Below, piece by piece: positions 37,840 to 51,893 of a stretch of DNA of 64,000 nt; position 1 is the stretch's first letter, and each line of letters opens with the position of its first letter. The stretch covers positions 38,564,001-38,628,000 of the forward strand of contig OX597828.1 in assembly GCA_951406725.2 (NCBI GenBank), in the 5' to 3' direction. The translations under genes were made by a program, and so were the position numbers. This DNA comes from Octopus vulgaris. Its lineage: Eukaryota. The notes beneath the pieces are model-generated. The model was not told where the DNA came from. It worked only from the letters and a program-made list of their open reading frames with translations, and did no database searches.

Positions 37840-37938
37840 GGCCTGAAGAGTGGCTATATTTTTAAATCAAATTTTAATAATATCGATTTTATTATTATCA
37901 TCAATTTAACGATATAATCATGAAACGTGCATAGTCAA
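37840..37938 (+). ncRNA. Hammerhead-like relic with 72-nt stem II inside a 74-bp tandem duplication
   Basis: GGC-CTGAAGA-GTGGCTATAT..ATATAATCAT-GAAAC-GTGC-ATA-GTC; the 5' half recurs at 37766-37785. Confidence 0.45.
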
Positions 37939-38158
37939 TTTAATGTTTATTTAATTTATTGATTTTTTGCATAATATTTATCATATTTAAATTTTTTCTA
38001 TATATTATAGATAATGTCTTTCGCTATTGAATTACTTAATAGAGGTTATTTCTCTTAATTATATACATATATTATATATTGTGAAATTTGATTTAGAATT
38101 GCTAAATTGAATTTTTCCCTGTAAGTTTGGAATTACATACCTTACTATTTTTATTATC

Positions 38159-38224
<66 letters not shown>

Positions 38225-41200
38225 ACAATGAGGATATTTAAACCTCTTATATGGATATTTTTATCCAAGATACACTGGTTTTATATATTGTATTGTGAAG
38301 AGAAATTTCTTCAATGAATATATTTTGTAAAATATCGTAAGGTATCAGACATTTTTATTGAGTTAGAAAACAGAGTGATCCAATAGATACAAATTCATTT
38401 ATTAATTAATCAATATATTCCCCTACAATTGTTTCATTTCACAAACAAAATTAAAATTACAAAACATATATAGATATATAATTTTACATTTTAAATACCT
38501 TGTATGGAAAATCAGCAGGGTGTACAAAGGACAATAAGGATTATATTAGGATACATTTGGGATCCTCAGAATGAATAGACATGTTACACACACACACACA
38601 TATATAAACATACATGCATACATATGGCAAAGGGCTAAGCTAGGAAAATTATGTATGTTAGTTTATAAACCTAATAACAATGGTCTAACTTTATTGATCT
38701 CTAAATAAAAGTAAAATATTCATTGTAGCAGATTTAGCAAACACATAGAAGTTCCTTCGTAATAACATGTCCTTTATCCTTCCCTATGTTCTTAATGTCA
38801 TGAAATACGTTTTCTGTAATGGATTGGCGGCATCTTTAAAGTGTCAGAGTTCAATTACAATTAATCGTGTTTTGGGGTTCAAGTCCTGCTAGGGCTGCTT
38901 TGGTCTTTCATATTTTCAGGGTTTGTTAAAACTAGCACTAGTGAAGGTCTGGAGCCAGAATTATCAACTGTTACTGTTTTTTTTTGTTTTTTTTACAAAC
39001 TGTCTGGCTTTGCCACAATGTTAGAAATTATTACAGAAGGTGGTGAGTTGGCGGAACCATTAGCATGTCAGACAAACTGCTTTGCAGCATTTTTCCATCT
39101 CTCTACACACTAAGTTCAAATTCAAAGTCCACTTTACCTTTCATCTTTTTGGGATCAATGAAATAAGTACCAGTTGAGCACTGGGGTCAATGTAATCAAC
39201 TAGCTCCCTCCCCCAAATTTCCAGGCCTTGCAGTAATAGTAGAAAGGAACATATGGGTGAGGGTTTAGCAGAATCATTAAAAGCATTGGTAAAAATGTCT
39301 TGCAGAATTAGTCCTAATTCTTTACATTACATACAAGTTCAAATTCCACTAAAGGCAATTTTGTCTTTCACTACTCCAGGGTCAATGAAATAAAGTCCCA
39401 GTCAAGTACTGAAGTACATTTAATTGGCTAACATGCTGAACTTTGTACCTAAATTAGAAATTATTATTGTTAAGGCAAAGGGAGTGGTATTGGTCGTTTA
39501 AATTACATAAAAAGTTGACTTTCATAATTGATAGGAAAAAGTACCAGTAAAGTACTGGGGTCATTAGTGGTTTAAATTTATTGATCTCTAAACAAAAGCA
39601 AAATATCATTCATCGTAGCAGATCTAGCAAACACATAGAAGTTCCTTCGCAATAACATTTTCTTTATCCTTCCCTGTCATGAAATACATTTTCTGTAGTG
39701 GGTTAGCAACATCATTAAAGTGTCAGCTAACCCCTTCCTGCTCAAAATTACCAACCTTGGGCCTAAATAAGAAGTAATTGTAATAGTTAATGATAGTGAA
39801 TTTCATAGTTTGAATCTCGTTCAAATAGACAATGTCTATATTTCTTCAATATACTTAAATAAGAATTACAATCCAAGAACTAGAATCAAAATAATCAACT
39901 GTTTCTTTTTCCAAGAATTTCAGACCTTGTTCTGATGTTAGATATTTCCATTACACTTTTTATTGCAGGCATTCTCACATCGCCAAAATCTGAGTTTTGC
40001 AATTTGCTTATCCCACATTTCAGTAAAATAATTTGTTAATGGACACAGGTTCGTATGTCACATAGCTAGTTAGAGGCAATGACCTCTTGGAGCTAATCAA
40101 CAGCAGCATTCGTCCTATATTCCTGGACTGCCATATTAGCTTGCTGATAACTATTGTACCGCTGCCGTAGTCTCCTTTAGAGAGACTTAGAAATAATAAT
40201 ATTTCTAAATTTTTTAATATTTTTCTGAACTGTAAGATAGAGAGTCAGCAGAGTCATTAGCAAGCTGGGCAGACTGGTTAGCAGCATTTTGTATGTCATC
40301 ACATTCTAGGTTCAAATTGTGCTGAGGTCAACTTTGCCATTTTTGGGGTTTGATAAAATAGCTACAAGTTGAGCACAGGAGTTGATGTAATTGACTTACT
40401 CCCACCACCCAAAATTGCTGGCCTTGTGCCAAAATTTGAAACCAATATTTTTCTGGGCTTTAGGAAAATTAGCAGAATTGGTAGAACATCAAAATGCTTT
40501 ACAATTTTTAGTCACATCCCTTACATTCTGAGTTCAAATCCAATTGAGGTCAATTTTGTTGTTTATCTTTCTGCGATTGGTAAAATGAGAGGCAAGTCAT
40601 GTGATGAGATTGACATTTATCAATAATGTTCCTCTCTCCTAAAGTTTTTACCTTGTGCCAAATTAACTAAGTTCCATAAGCCTTTCACTTCCTCTGGAGT
40701 ACAGGCCATTGACGACTTTCTTCCATTATTCCCTGAAAGAATTCTTTCATTTCTTAAGTCTAGCTCGTTTTGGTTTATCATTGATACTTCATTAACTTTG
40801 CTTGTTTTTCTAGGTAGAGGTGCTGGCCCTATGCAAACTCATTTTTACCTTTAAGAAGGAGTGGTCCATATTACTCTAGCCTCTGTCCTTTCTTTGATCT
40901 GTCCAGTATAGGACCTCCCATACTGGCATAGCTCTCAGTGTCATTTGGGCATACAAGCCTCTACATCACATCAAGAAATGGATTTTGAGGTGATTTTGCT
41001 CAATTTAAGAACCAGTATTTTTCCAGACCTTCCAGAATTATCGTTGGTCTGGTGTTCTACCAATGTTATTTCTTATGTCTTTACTGCCCACAAGGGGTTA
41101 CACACAGAGGAGACAAACAAGGACAGACAAACGGATTAAGTCGATTATATCAACCCCTGTGCATAACTGGCACTTATTTAATTGACCTCGAAAGGATGAA

Positions 41201-41345
41201 AGGCAAAGTCGACCTCGGCGGAATTTGAACTCAGAATGTAGAGGCAGACGAAATACCACTAAGCATTTCGCCTGGCATGCTAACGCTTCTGCCAGCTCGC
41301 TAGCCTAAGTTATTTCTACCAGAACATGAAGATGAAGATGTTACA

Positions 41346-41512
41346 GTGGTGGTGATGGCGGCGGTGGCGGCGGCGGTGATGGTGGTGTGGTGGTGGTGGT
41401 GGTGGTGGTGGTGGTGGTGTGGTGGTGGTGGTGGTGGTGGTGGTGGTGGTGGTGTGGTGGTGGTGGTGTGGTGGTGGTGGTGGTGGTGGTGGTGGTGGTG
41501 TGGTGGTGGTGG
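41346..41512. repeat. (GGT)n array
   Basis: Direct reading. Confidence 0.95.
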
Positions 41513-42475
41513 TAGGGCTCTCAGCTGTCTTGACCAGTCTGACATTTAATAATCATAGTTGAGTTAGATTTGTAAAATTTACAACTAAAAAAATCATCTT
41601 TCAAAAAAATTAGCAGCATAGACAACCATCAACACATACATACACGCACACATGAAAGAACTGGCATACCAAATAGATCGGCTTAATAAATATGATCCCT
41701 TGATCTTTTAGAAATCAAAATCTTTATCAGAATTAGACCCTTCCATCTGAAGGAAGATAAAGGACATATTACAAAATGTAGTTCTATGTACACTCTACTT
41801 ACAGAAAAAAAAAAGAAAAGAAAACCTGGATGATCACAGCTTGAATGATTTTAATCATAGATCTACATAACCAGTTTTGTTCTGGGGCTAAACAATAAAA
41901 GTAACAAGAACTATAATAATAATCTAATGGTAATTAAACAAGTACTCCTTCAGTAATGTATTGTATATCTTTGAATAGAAGGTAAATTATATTTTTACAT
42001 AAATTTTAAAATATATTTTACGTAGCTTAAATATGTCGTTTTTCAAAACACCAGGAGCTTGTTTTTCTACATTATTCTCTTTCTCTCTGTCTGAAACACA
42101 CTTGCACACACACACACACACACATACACACACATTGATATATATAAATACCACATGCACATGCACATAATATATAATCAAACCCATGCCAACATGAAAA
42201 GTGTAAAAACGATTATGATGATGATGATGAAGATGATGATGATGAAGATGATGATGATGATGATGATGATGTCACATGTTACATGTTATATCTCATACAC
42301 AATCACACACATCTTAATATTTATTTACCTGTAATATATATTTGTTGTTACATAATATATATATATATTAATAAAATACATAATGCACAGAGTATATATG
42401 TTTGTGTATGTTACGTTAAAAAATACCTATATTTGAATATTTCTATGTGCATATATACGCATATACATATTTATG

Positions 42476-42515
<40 letters not shown>

Positions 42516-42646
42516 GATATATATTTATATATACATATATATATATATATATAAATATATATATATGTATGTATATGTATGTATATATGTATATATATGT
42601 GTATATATATATATGTGTGTATATATATATATGTATGTATATGTAC

Positions 42647-42766
<120 letters not shown>

Positions 42767-42771
42767 TTATG

Positions 42772-42828
<57 letters not shown>

Positions 42829-42832
<4 letters not shown>

Positions 42833-43210
42833 CAGCATAGCCCGGCGTTGCCCGAGTATGTAAGAGTCCCTAGTAGGCAACGACTAATCCCAATCTAGTT
42901 CTTTCCCTCCATGGAATGAAGGCGCATGTGTAGGTTGCAATGTCTTCTCTTCACTCGAATACTTCTATGTATACGATGTTCCTAGCTGTCTCCCGACAGA
43001 AAATGTGTTGCATATAAAAAGCTTAGATTCTCGACCCCATGTCGAATTTATCGATTTTTTCAGAACTGGGGGAACTTTTCAAAATTTTCGCTGCATTAGT
43101 TTTGAATTATGACATTGGGCTATGTGTGTGTCAAGTTTTATCAGAATCGGTTGAAAGCCGTGGTCAGGGTGAGGGTACAACCTGACAGCCACACAGACAG
43201 ACAAACTGCC

Positions 43211-43215
<5 letters not shown>
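42829..43215 (-). mobile_element. Non-autonomous Helitron-like element
   Basis: Subterminal GC hairpin CTCGGGCAACGCCGGG before a CTAT (CTAG-like) end; same layout as 49366-49738. Confidence 0.65.
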
Positions 43216-43263
<48 letters not shown>

Positions 43264-43844
43264 TATATACATATATATGTATATATACATATATATTTAT
43301 ATATATGGAAACACTTAACTGCAAAGACTTAAAAGAGCATATGATCAGATTTCATTCTGGAATTGGAAACATTAACTCAGATATTTACAAAGTTTAATAT
43401 TTCAATTCAAAAAACATATATTTACTGACACACACACACTCACATACACACACACACACAAACATACTTACATATACATGTATGTACACACATATTTGTC
43501 TATGTATTTCAGATTTGTAAATAAAAATTATGTCTTAATAAATGTTGCAAACCTCAATAAGCTCTCAGCTTCTGAATATTTGTGTCAAAAATAAAGAGAA
43601 AAATATTATGATGATGATAATTCTTTCCTATATCAGCACAAGGCTTGGATTTTCTAGGGAGGGGGACAGTCGTTCACATCGACCCCAGTACTCAACTGGT
43701 ACTTAATTTATCAACCCCAAAAGGATGAAAGGCAAAGTCAACCTTGGCAGAGCCAAACCCATGGAAATTCTATGGGTTTTCGGAGTGAAGACTAAGAACT
43801 ATAGCTCTCTGTTGTTTCTGTGTTGGAGGAGATGATGACAAAAG

Positions 43845-46345
43845 ACAGGCAAGATAGACAGACAGACAGACAAATAACTTCCTTTATTAGCCACACTGGG
43901 CCAAACACAGAGGAGACAAAATACAATGTAGAGCTTTTCTTTTCGAAAGAAAACAGAAAATAGAAGAAAAATGAGAAGAAAATGAATTTCCAATGAAAAA
44001 GGATTGTGTAAAAAAAAAAGGAATGATCACAAGGAATCATGTATCAAAAAAGAGTAAAAATGTAAAAAACACATTAGATTTAGCTGTGGAAGGAAAAACT
44101 GTTTGGAGGTCCGGACCAAACTAGACCCCAAGCAATTTAACTGGTCCGTCAGTCCAGTGTCCCACAACAGAAATGCTGTTGGACGGCACAGGATTGCTTC
44201 TCCAGGTACTGAGCCACAAACCCACTGACTTTTCCTGGTTAATTTTCGCTCCTGTTACCACTTCATATTCTTTTAGTGTTTTGCCGACCAAGTCGATATG
44301 GCCATGGCTAGACACTATGATGGTGACATCGTTCGCATATGCAGACATGCTTGTTCCACATCCCAATTCTCGCGAGGTGCCCCTCAATGTCGCCAGCTTC
44401 CGCAGTAGTGGCTTGAGAGTCAATACATACAGAGCGACAAGAGTGAGGATCCCTGATAGACTGAACATGCAATGTCAAATGGTCTGGATAGATGCCCATT
44501 CATGTGAACTATTGAACGGATGCTGCTATATAAGGCAGCAATCCAACCATGGAAAATGGGACCAAAACCAGCTGCTATGAGGACAGCCTCCAAGTATCAA
44601 TGGTCTACCCTATCAAAAGCTTCAGATTGATCCAAATTGATCAGCACCACATTTATGCCAGGTTCCTTAACGACCCTGTCTATAATGTAGCTCATGAGGT
44701 GGAGGTTGTCATGGATGCTCCAGCCCAGCTCAGCGCATGTTTTCACCTTGTCAACCAGTTTCTCAATGACAAGTGCCAACTTCCCTGCAAACACTTGGGC
44801 AAAATTTTCAAATCTGCATTAAGCAGAGTGATGGGCCTAAAGTTATCTATTATGCTCCCCTTGTTTGGATCTTTCTTTAGCAGTGTTACAGCTCCTTGGC
44901 TCACAAAACTGGTGATACTCCTGTTTTGCTACCAATTGCAGTAGACTGCTGCCAAGATGCCTCCAAACAAGTCTGGCATATAACCATCCAAGCTCGGTGA
45001 TTTGTTCCTCGAGCTGTCTGCTATCGCATTCTGCATGTCCACTGCTGTGATGGTACCTTCACAACACACCGCCTCTCTTGACGAGAGTCATGGCAGGCTA
45101 TGCAGGTAGACACTGAAGCCCACCCTGCATTCTGGTTCACCAGTTGTCCCAAACAGTCATGTAAAGTACTGTTGAAAGGCCTCACACATTTTTCTCAGCT
45201 CAAGTAATTTGCGCTCCTGTTCATCTATCAGAGACCGAATAGAGGCTTTGGTTCCCCCCCCACGCAGCTCCAATACCTTCGTTTCTTAGAGCATGCATCC
45301 TAGCTCTGACAACAGATCCTTTGTGTTTGGCGTTGAAGTGTTGATCAAGGGCCAACCTCGCCACCAATACGCTGGATGCAATGCCACTTCTAATTGCTTC
45401 TTCTAATTTCTTAACTAGATCTCCTATCTTATTTCTATCTATTGCTAGGACTTTACTATACCTAATAGATTCTGCTTTTAATGATCTTTTGAGGGCAAAC
45501 TACCATTTGTTGTTGATGATGGCTCCTGTCAAAGCCCTCTTCCTTAGTGTGCTAATTTGATATCTGTAAACCTGTCTTGATGGGAAGAAGACATTCAGTT
45601 TCCAGTAACCAGGACCCTGCCTATGTGTCTTATCTAAGTTTAGCATACAAGTCACAAATTTGTGATCTGTATAGCTGACTATATGAAATTGTGAACAACC
45701 TACACTATCTCTATCTACTGTCCTACACAGTATTCTATCTCAATGCAATCTTGACGACCTTATGTGATTGCTCCATGTCCATGTTGGCACATTTGGGTGG
45801 TCGAGTCAGTACCTGTCGGACAGTTGAAAGCATCTGAGCAGGTCTTTGAGGTATTTGCATCCCCGTCTATTTCTATCAGTACCCATATAGTCTAGATGCA
45901 TGTCAAAGGTAGCATTCCAATCGCTCACTAAAAGTAAAGGTTGAGACATACCTAGGAATACTTCTAGACATTGAAAGAGACCCAGCCAACCTGTTGAAGG
46001 TGGTGCATAGACTGATATAAGTCAAAAGGCACACCCATTGCTGCAGTCGACATTTACGATGACCAGTCTACCCTCCGGATCTACGAATATTGTCTTTACC
46101 TTGAGATCCAGACTCTTGCAAAAAAGTACCATGGTGCCACTATCGCCCATTCTTGGCAGACAGGGAGAAAAATAAATGTTAAACTGTCTGCCAAATATGG
46201 ACTTTAGGGCCCATGGATTTTGAAGTCTGGTCTCACTTATGGCTATGATTTCTAATTTGTGAGACTTGATGTCATTTAAGAGGGACCCTTGTTTCCAAGG
46301 GGACCCAAAGCCATGTGCATTTATACAACCAATAATCCTAATGAG
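43845..46345 (-). mobile_element. Degenerate, internally deleted Tx1/L1-clade LINE (APE plus RT, 3' end present)
   Basis: APE motifs INAHG..IIAISETR, VSDWNA, TDHKFV; RT motifs RPITLLNADLKIL, LDQSEAFDRVDH, AYANDVT, KLLGV; AATAAA then (TCTG)n tail. Confidence 0.88.
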
Positions 46346-47791
46346 GTGTGTGTTTTAAACACAAAAGTAAGGAACTGAGAGTTACTTACTGTTTGAAATT
46401 TTTTGTGCTTCCTCCTTTGGTTTTTCATCAAGGAGGTTACTGTATAATTTTTTGGATGCATATTTTTTTTTGTACTGATGTATTCCATCAACTCTGCATA
46501 ACTACCACCACTACCATAACTATTGGCTGGTTTTGTTTTTTTTTTTGCTGTTTGAGTTACTCCCCTTAGCATGACAGATAATAGGTATAAAAGAACATCC
46601 TTTGGCATCAATGCAGAGATGATAACAATAATAATCGTTTTGTCTTTGTCTCAAAGTTTGTGTGTGTTGAGTGCTGAGCATGTGTGCAAGTGTGAGTGTG
46701 AGTGTGAATGTGTGTGTGTGTGTGTGTGTGTTGTGAGTTTTGTACATAATCAACATTATATCAAGCAAGGTTGATTGAATCTGTGACATTATTCTGTGTT
46801 GAACAAATACATGGATATGACAGCAGAAGATGGCAGAACTGGTGCATTCAATGACAACATAAATTGTCCCATAAATTGTAAAATAAAATTTAGGATTTAT
46901 GGAGGGTCAAAATTGGGAACAAAAAATGACAGAGACATACAAGGAAACCAAATGAAAACAAACATGGAGGGTCTTTAGACCAGAATGAGAGGAAAATGGT
47001 GAGTTCTGGGTGAAATTTTTTTTTGTGGCTTCATTTGGTTTCCATCTACCAGATCAACTCACAAGGCTTTGGGCAGCCCAGGGTTATAATCGATGACACT
47101 TGCCCAAGGTGCCTCACAGTGATACTAGATCTGAAACCATGTGGCTGACAAGCAAACTTCTTACTAGACAGCCATGCCTGTGCTTCCACACAACCACACT
47201 TGACCCTTTATATGTATGCAAAAGTTATGTAACGATGGGCTCATAGCATTAATGTTAAGAAGTTCATGTCTCAGTCACATGGCTCCAGGTTCGATCTCAC
47301 TCACCATGCTGCACTTTGGACAATTCACTATTGCTTCAGGTTGTCCAATGCCATGCGAGTGGGAATTTGTTGATGGGAACGGTGCAGAAACCTGTTGTAT
47401 TTGTGTGTGTATAACTTTTGCCAATGGACATAAACATGGGTGAGGTACCTTAAAACCAGCAACACTTTCCATATTACTCTGGCCACCAGAAATCCACTGA
47501 GCTGGTGACTGGCTCATGGAAACATGTAACCAACAACACTCGTTCACAAATTGTGACCTAAACAAAGCAAATAGATACATACAAGTAGACCCAAGCCTTG
47601 CGAGTGAAATTTGATAGATGGAAACTGTGCTGAACCTTGTCACATAATTTGTCAAAGCATTCAGTTGATAGAGTTCACCAATTGCTGGTTCAACATCACC
47701 ATCTGACCCTAGGTTGGTGTTTACTCTGTTTGTGTATTTAACTAGTCTTAGTCTAAGGATAACTTTATACCTTGATGTGATGCTTATTTAA

Positions 47792-48012
47792 CCCTTTACT
47801 GTTCACATTATTCTACCAAAATTAATGCTTTTTCATCCACATTGCCTTGAACTAATCAGGCATTATCTTGTAGCTTTGAGATTTTGGTGAGGTAGCTGTT
47901 AATTTTTAAGATGATATTGTAGGGTTGGTGTGAGAGACCAGATCTGGCCATTTTGAACATAAAACAGGAAGAATACTTTTGGCCGGATACGGCCGGTTTA
48001 AATGCTAAAGGG
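47792..48012. mobile_element. Related TTAA-flanked piggyBac-type MITE; another diverged one at 51099-51348
   Basis: TTAA|CCCTTTA...TAAAGGG|TTAA. Confidence 0.8.
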
Positions 48013-49365
48013 TTAAGTGATCTGTTAGACATGTTCTACCTCTTTTCAGCCCACCACTAATGGAGGCTTTACAAAGATTACAAAGGATTAGAGAAGGGCA
48101 GCATTCATCATCATCACCATTGTCATCGTTTTGATGTCCACTTTTCCATCAGTCAGACTGAATTTGTTGCCCTTTTTGTTGCAACCTTCACTTGTTTCCG
48201 AGTAAGGTAATATTTCCCCATCACCAAACATGTTTTCCACAGAAGACAGGAAAGAAGCAATATCACATTTATGGTGGTAATGCTTATTTAAAATCATCAC
48301 AATGGGCTCCTTCCAGTTTCCATCTACCAAAAGCATTCACAAGATACCAAGACCACATGGTTTTAAAAAGCAAGCTTCTCAACCAGGCAGTAACATTTTT
48401 TAGATTAAAAAAAAAAAAACATTCAAGCCAACATGGCTATCCACTTAGCATCAATCTAATGTCTTTGATGTCTTATCTGGGAACATGGGTATTGAACTTG
48501 AAACCATTTCATCTTGGAAGAATCAATCAAAATAGCTAATTTTAAACTAACAGGAACTGTTATATTCACTTGCATTTTGAAATAGTATTTTAATACATAA
48601 TCACTAACAATATCATTTTAACATCAACTTTTCCTTGTTTGCATGGGTGGGGTAGAATTTGTTGAGGCAGATTTTCTAGAGCCAGATGCCCTTCCTGTCA
48701 CCAACCCTCACCTATTTCCAAACAAATATCTTCCCATAGCTGGACATATTTTTGTGGAATATAGGAAATAAATGACAGCTTGTATGATGGTGACACTCAT
48801 TTACAACAAGTAAAGTCAAGGCAGAGAGCAAGAATATCTCTCTTTCTCTCCTCATATACACACAGATTCTGATGGGAAATGCAGCAACATTTGGGAAGAT
48901 ACAATGATGAAGGGCAATTACACTGAAACTAGTCTCTGGATGCTGGCTTTGTTGGGTGGAGGTGCTTATCTCCCCTGTTTGAAAGCTTAAGGACACATAA
49001 CGCTTGTGTCACATAGCCAACTGGAAACAGTTTTTCTTGGGATTAAATAACAGCAGCATTCTTCCCTTTCCTAGGACTTCCACATTAAGTTGGCAACAAG
49101 CCATCATTTTATCATGCTGCAACTGCATAACTCTGAGAGATTTAGAAATGCAACATTTACAAAGATACTAACAATGTTTGAATGTTTTATACACCATGTT
49201 GATTTGTATGCCAGAAAATAATTTTCCATACTAATATGAATGCAAGAGACAATGGTTATATTAAATGTTTTCCAGTTAAATACTTGTTCTTATTGCGCAT
49301 CAATCAACCATGAAACATGAACAGAAGCCAAGCTAAATCCCTTCATGGTCATATTTATAATTAAA

Positions 49366-49738
49366 CTAGCAGTATCGCCCAGTGTTGCTCGGATTTGTAA
49401 AGGAAATAACTATATAAGCATTTTTAGAGAGTTACTTCCCTTATATATATAATAGCAAAAAATGCATTAAAAATTATGGTAAATTTTTTTTTAAATCGTA
49501 GACATTTTTAGAGAGTTACTTCCCTTATATAATAGCAAAAAAAAAGCATTAAAAATGGAAAAAAATGATGGTAAATTTTTTTTTAAATTGTAGACGCGCA
49601 CTAATACCCAGAAGGGCTCGATATGAATCACGACTATAAGATACCCGCTTTTGGTTAAACTGCACCGCAAAATGTGGGAGTAGTTAGGAATCTAAATCGT
49701 AGAAGACAGACACACAACTTCAGTTTTATATATATAGA
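49366..49738 (-). mobile_element. Non-autonomous Helitron
   Basis: Minus strand A|TC...hairpin (CCGAGCAACACTGGG)...CTAG|T; A|T insertion with no TSD; internal ~84-bp tandem duplication. Confidence 0.85.
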
Positions 49739-51432
49739 TATGTTGTCAATATGCTTCAACTCATTTTTAAAATAATTTTTCAAAATAGACTTATAAGAAT
49801 AGGAGTGGCGGTGTGGTAAGAAGCTTGCTTACCAGCCTCATGGCACCTTAGGCAAGTGTCTTCTACTATAGCCTCAGGCCAACCAAAGCCATGTGAGTGG
49901 ATTTGGTAGACAGAAACTGAAAGAGGCACGTCGTATATATATATACGTATATATATATGTATTTTTTTTCCACTTGTTTCAGTCATTTGACTGCGGCCAT
50001 GCTGGAGCACTGCCTTTAGTCGAGCAAATCGACCCCAGCCCAGTACTTATTCTATCAGTCTCCTTTGCTGAACCGCTAAGTGATGGGGACGTGAATACAC
50101 CAGCATCGGTTGTCAAGCAATGCTAGGGGGACAAACACAGACACACAAACACATACATACGATGGGCTTCTTTGAGTTTCCGTCTACCAAATCCACTCAC
50201 AAGGCATTGGTTGGCCCGGGGCTATAGCAGAAGACACTTGCCCATGATGCCACGCAGTGGGACAGACAGACAGACGTGTGTGTGCATATTAGTTTGATTG
50301 GTTGGTTACATTTGTGCTTCTCTGAAAATCAGAACTACAAGCAATGACAGATGTCATTTCCCGCACCTTCAAAGAAACGTGTCCCTTACTTGAGAAATAG
50401 ACGACAAAAATTAGTGAAAGGAAGAAGTTCTGCTATAAGACTAGAATGTTTCTGTAACATATTCATCTAACCCATGCTAGCATGGAAAAATGAACATAAA
50501 ACATATTATAGAACAAGGGGCAGCCTCAAACAAAATGGTATCAAAAGGGTTGCCCAAAATAAGAGTGGAACTTGTTGTCAGTCAGACAAACTAAGTATAT
50601 TTAATATACTTTAATATAAATGTAACTCGTCAGCCAGGCAAAGTGAGGCAGGTCTGAGTTTATTTTATATAATATAGGTCACTCAAGAGAACAACTAAAA
50701 ATGGCTCATCCAGGTTAAATTCTGAAGCTGTGACCCCTGTACCCAAATAGTCTGATGCCTTACCGTTAAAAAAGTGGTTAAAATAAATTACAAGTTTTAA
50801 AATGTTTATTGAAATATCCAGTTTACATGTTAACAATTATAAATTTGTCATTTCACATCCTCTTCTACAAGAACTGCTCATCACAAGAGGAAAATGAAAA
50901 GAAGAAAAAAAAATATTAACAGACCAACCTTCACAATCACTCCAGAAATTCAGTGATAAGAGCAAAAATGGATAAGATAGCATTCCTGCATTTGATTCAG
51001 CTAATGTTTGTAACAAATATCTAAGAATTCTAACATTTCTTGAGCTTTGCATATTTTTTTTTTATTGTATTTAAAAAAAAAAATTAAGAAAAGGTTAACT
51101 CTTTCATAGTCATATTTTTAATGAAATTTACTTACTATGGCTTCCAATAGATATTGAAAATAATCAAGAATTTGGAGGGATTTAGTAAAAATATCTAAAA
51201 GTTATTTAACTGGTATTAGTAACAACGTTTAACAAAAAAGTTCTTTCTTAAAATTGTAGATGAAAGTTTTTAATTTAAATATAATCAATTTAAAAGGAGA
51301 GGTTTGGTATTAATCATCATAGAACCACGGGTAATGGTAATGAAAGAGTTAAACAACTTTTCAGTTGATGAGAACAGAAAAAAAACAAAACCATGTTAAC
51401 TAAAATTGTGTTCCCTCCATTATCACAAGCAT

Positions 51433-51470
<38 letters not shown>

Positions 51471-51791
51471 CTAAATTTCACACAAGAGAAAATGAGTTCA
51501 AGAGAATATTTGAAGCAATTCTTCAGTTTGTAACAATCACTAGGATCAGAAAAAGAATGAGGGTGAAAGAGAAGAGCTAAAGTTAAAATCAGATAAAGAT
51601 ATGTAGAAGTAGTTTGAAAGAAAGAGAAGGGAGAGAGGACAGTGATTCAGTTATATTACACTTCCAAAACAGAGAGAGTGTTTTACACCTACATCAACCA
51701 CAGCTAGGTGTTATATATATATATATATATATATATTGACGACAATATATATATATATATGCATATGTATGTATGTAAGTATATATATATG

Positions 51792-51822
<31 letters not shown>

Positions 51823-51847
51823 ATGTGTGTGTGTATATATATGTATA

Positions 51848-51893
<46 letters not shown>

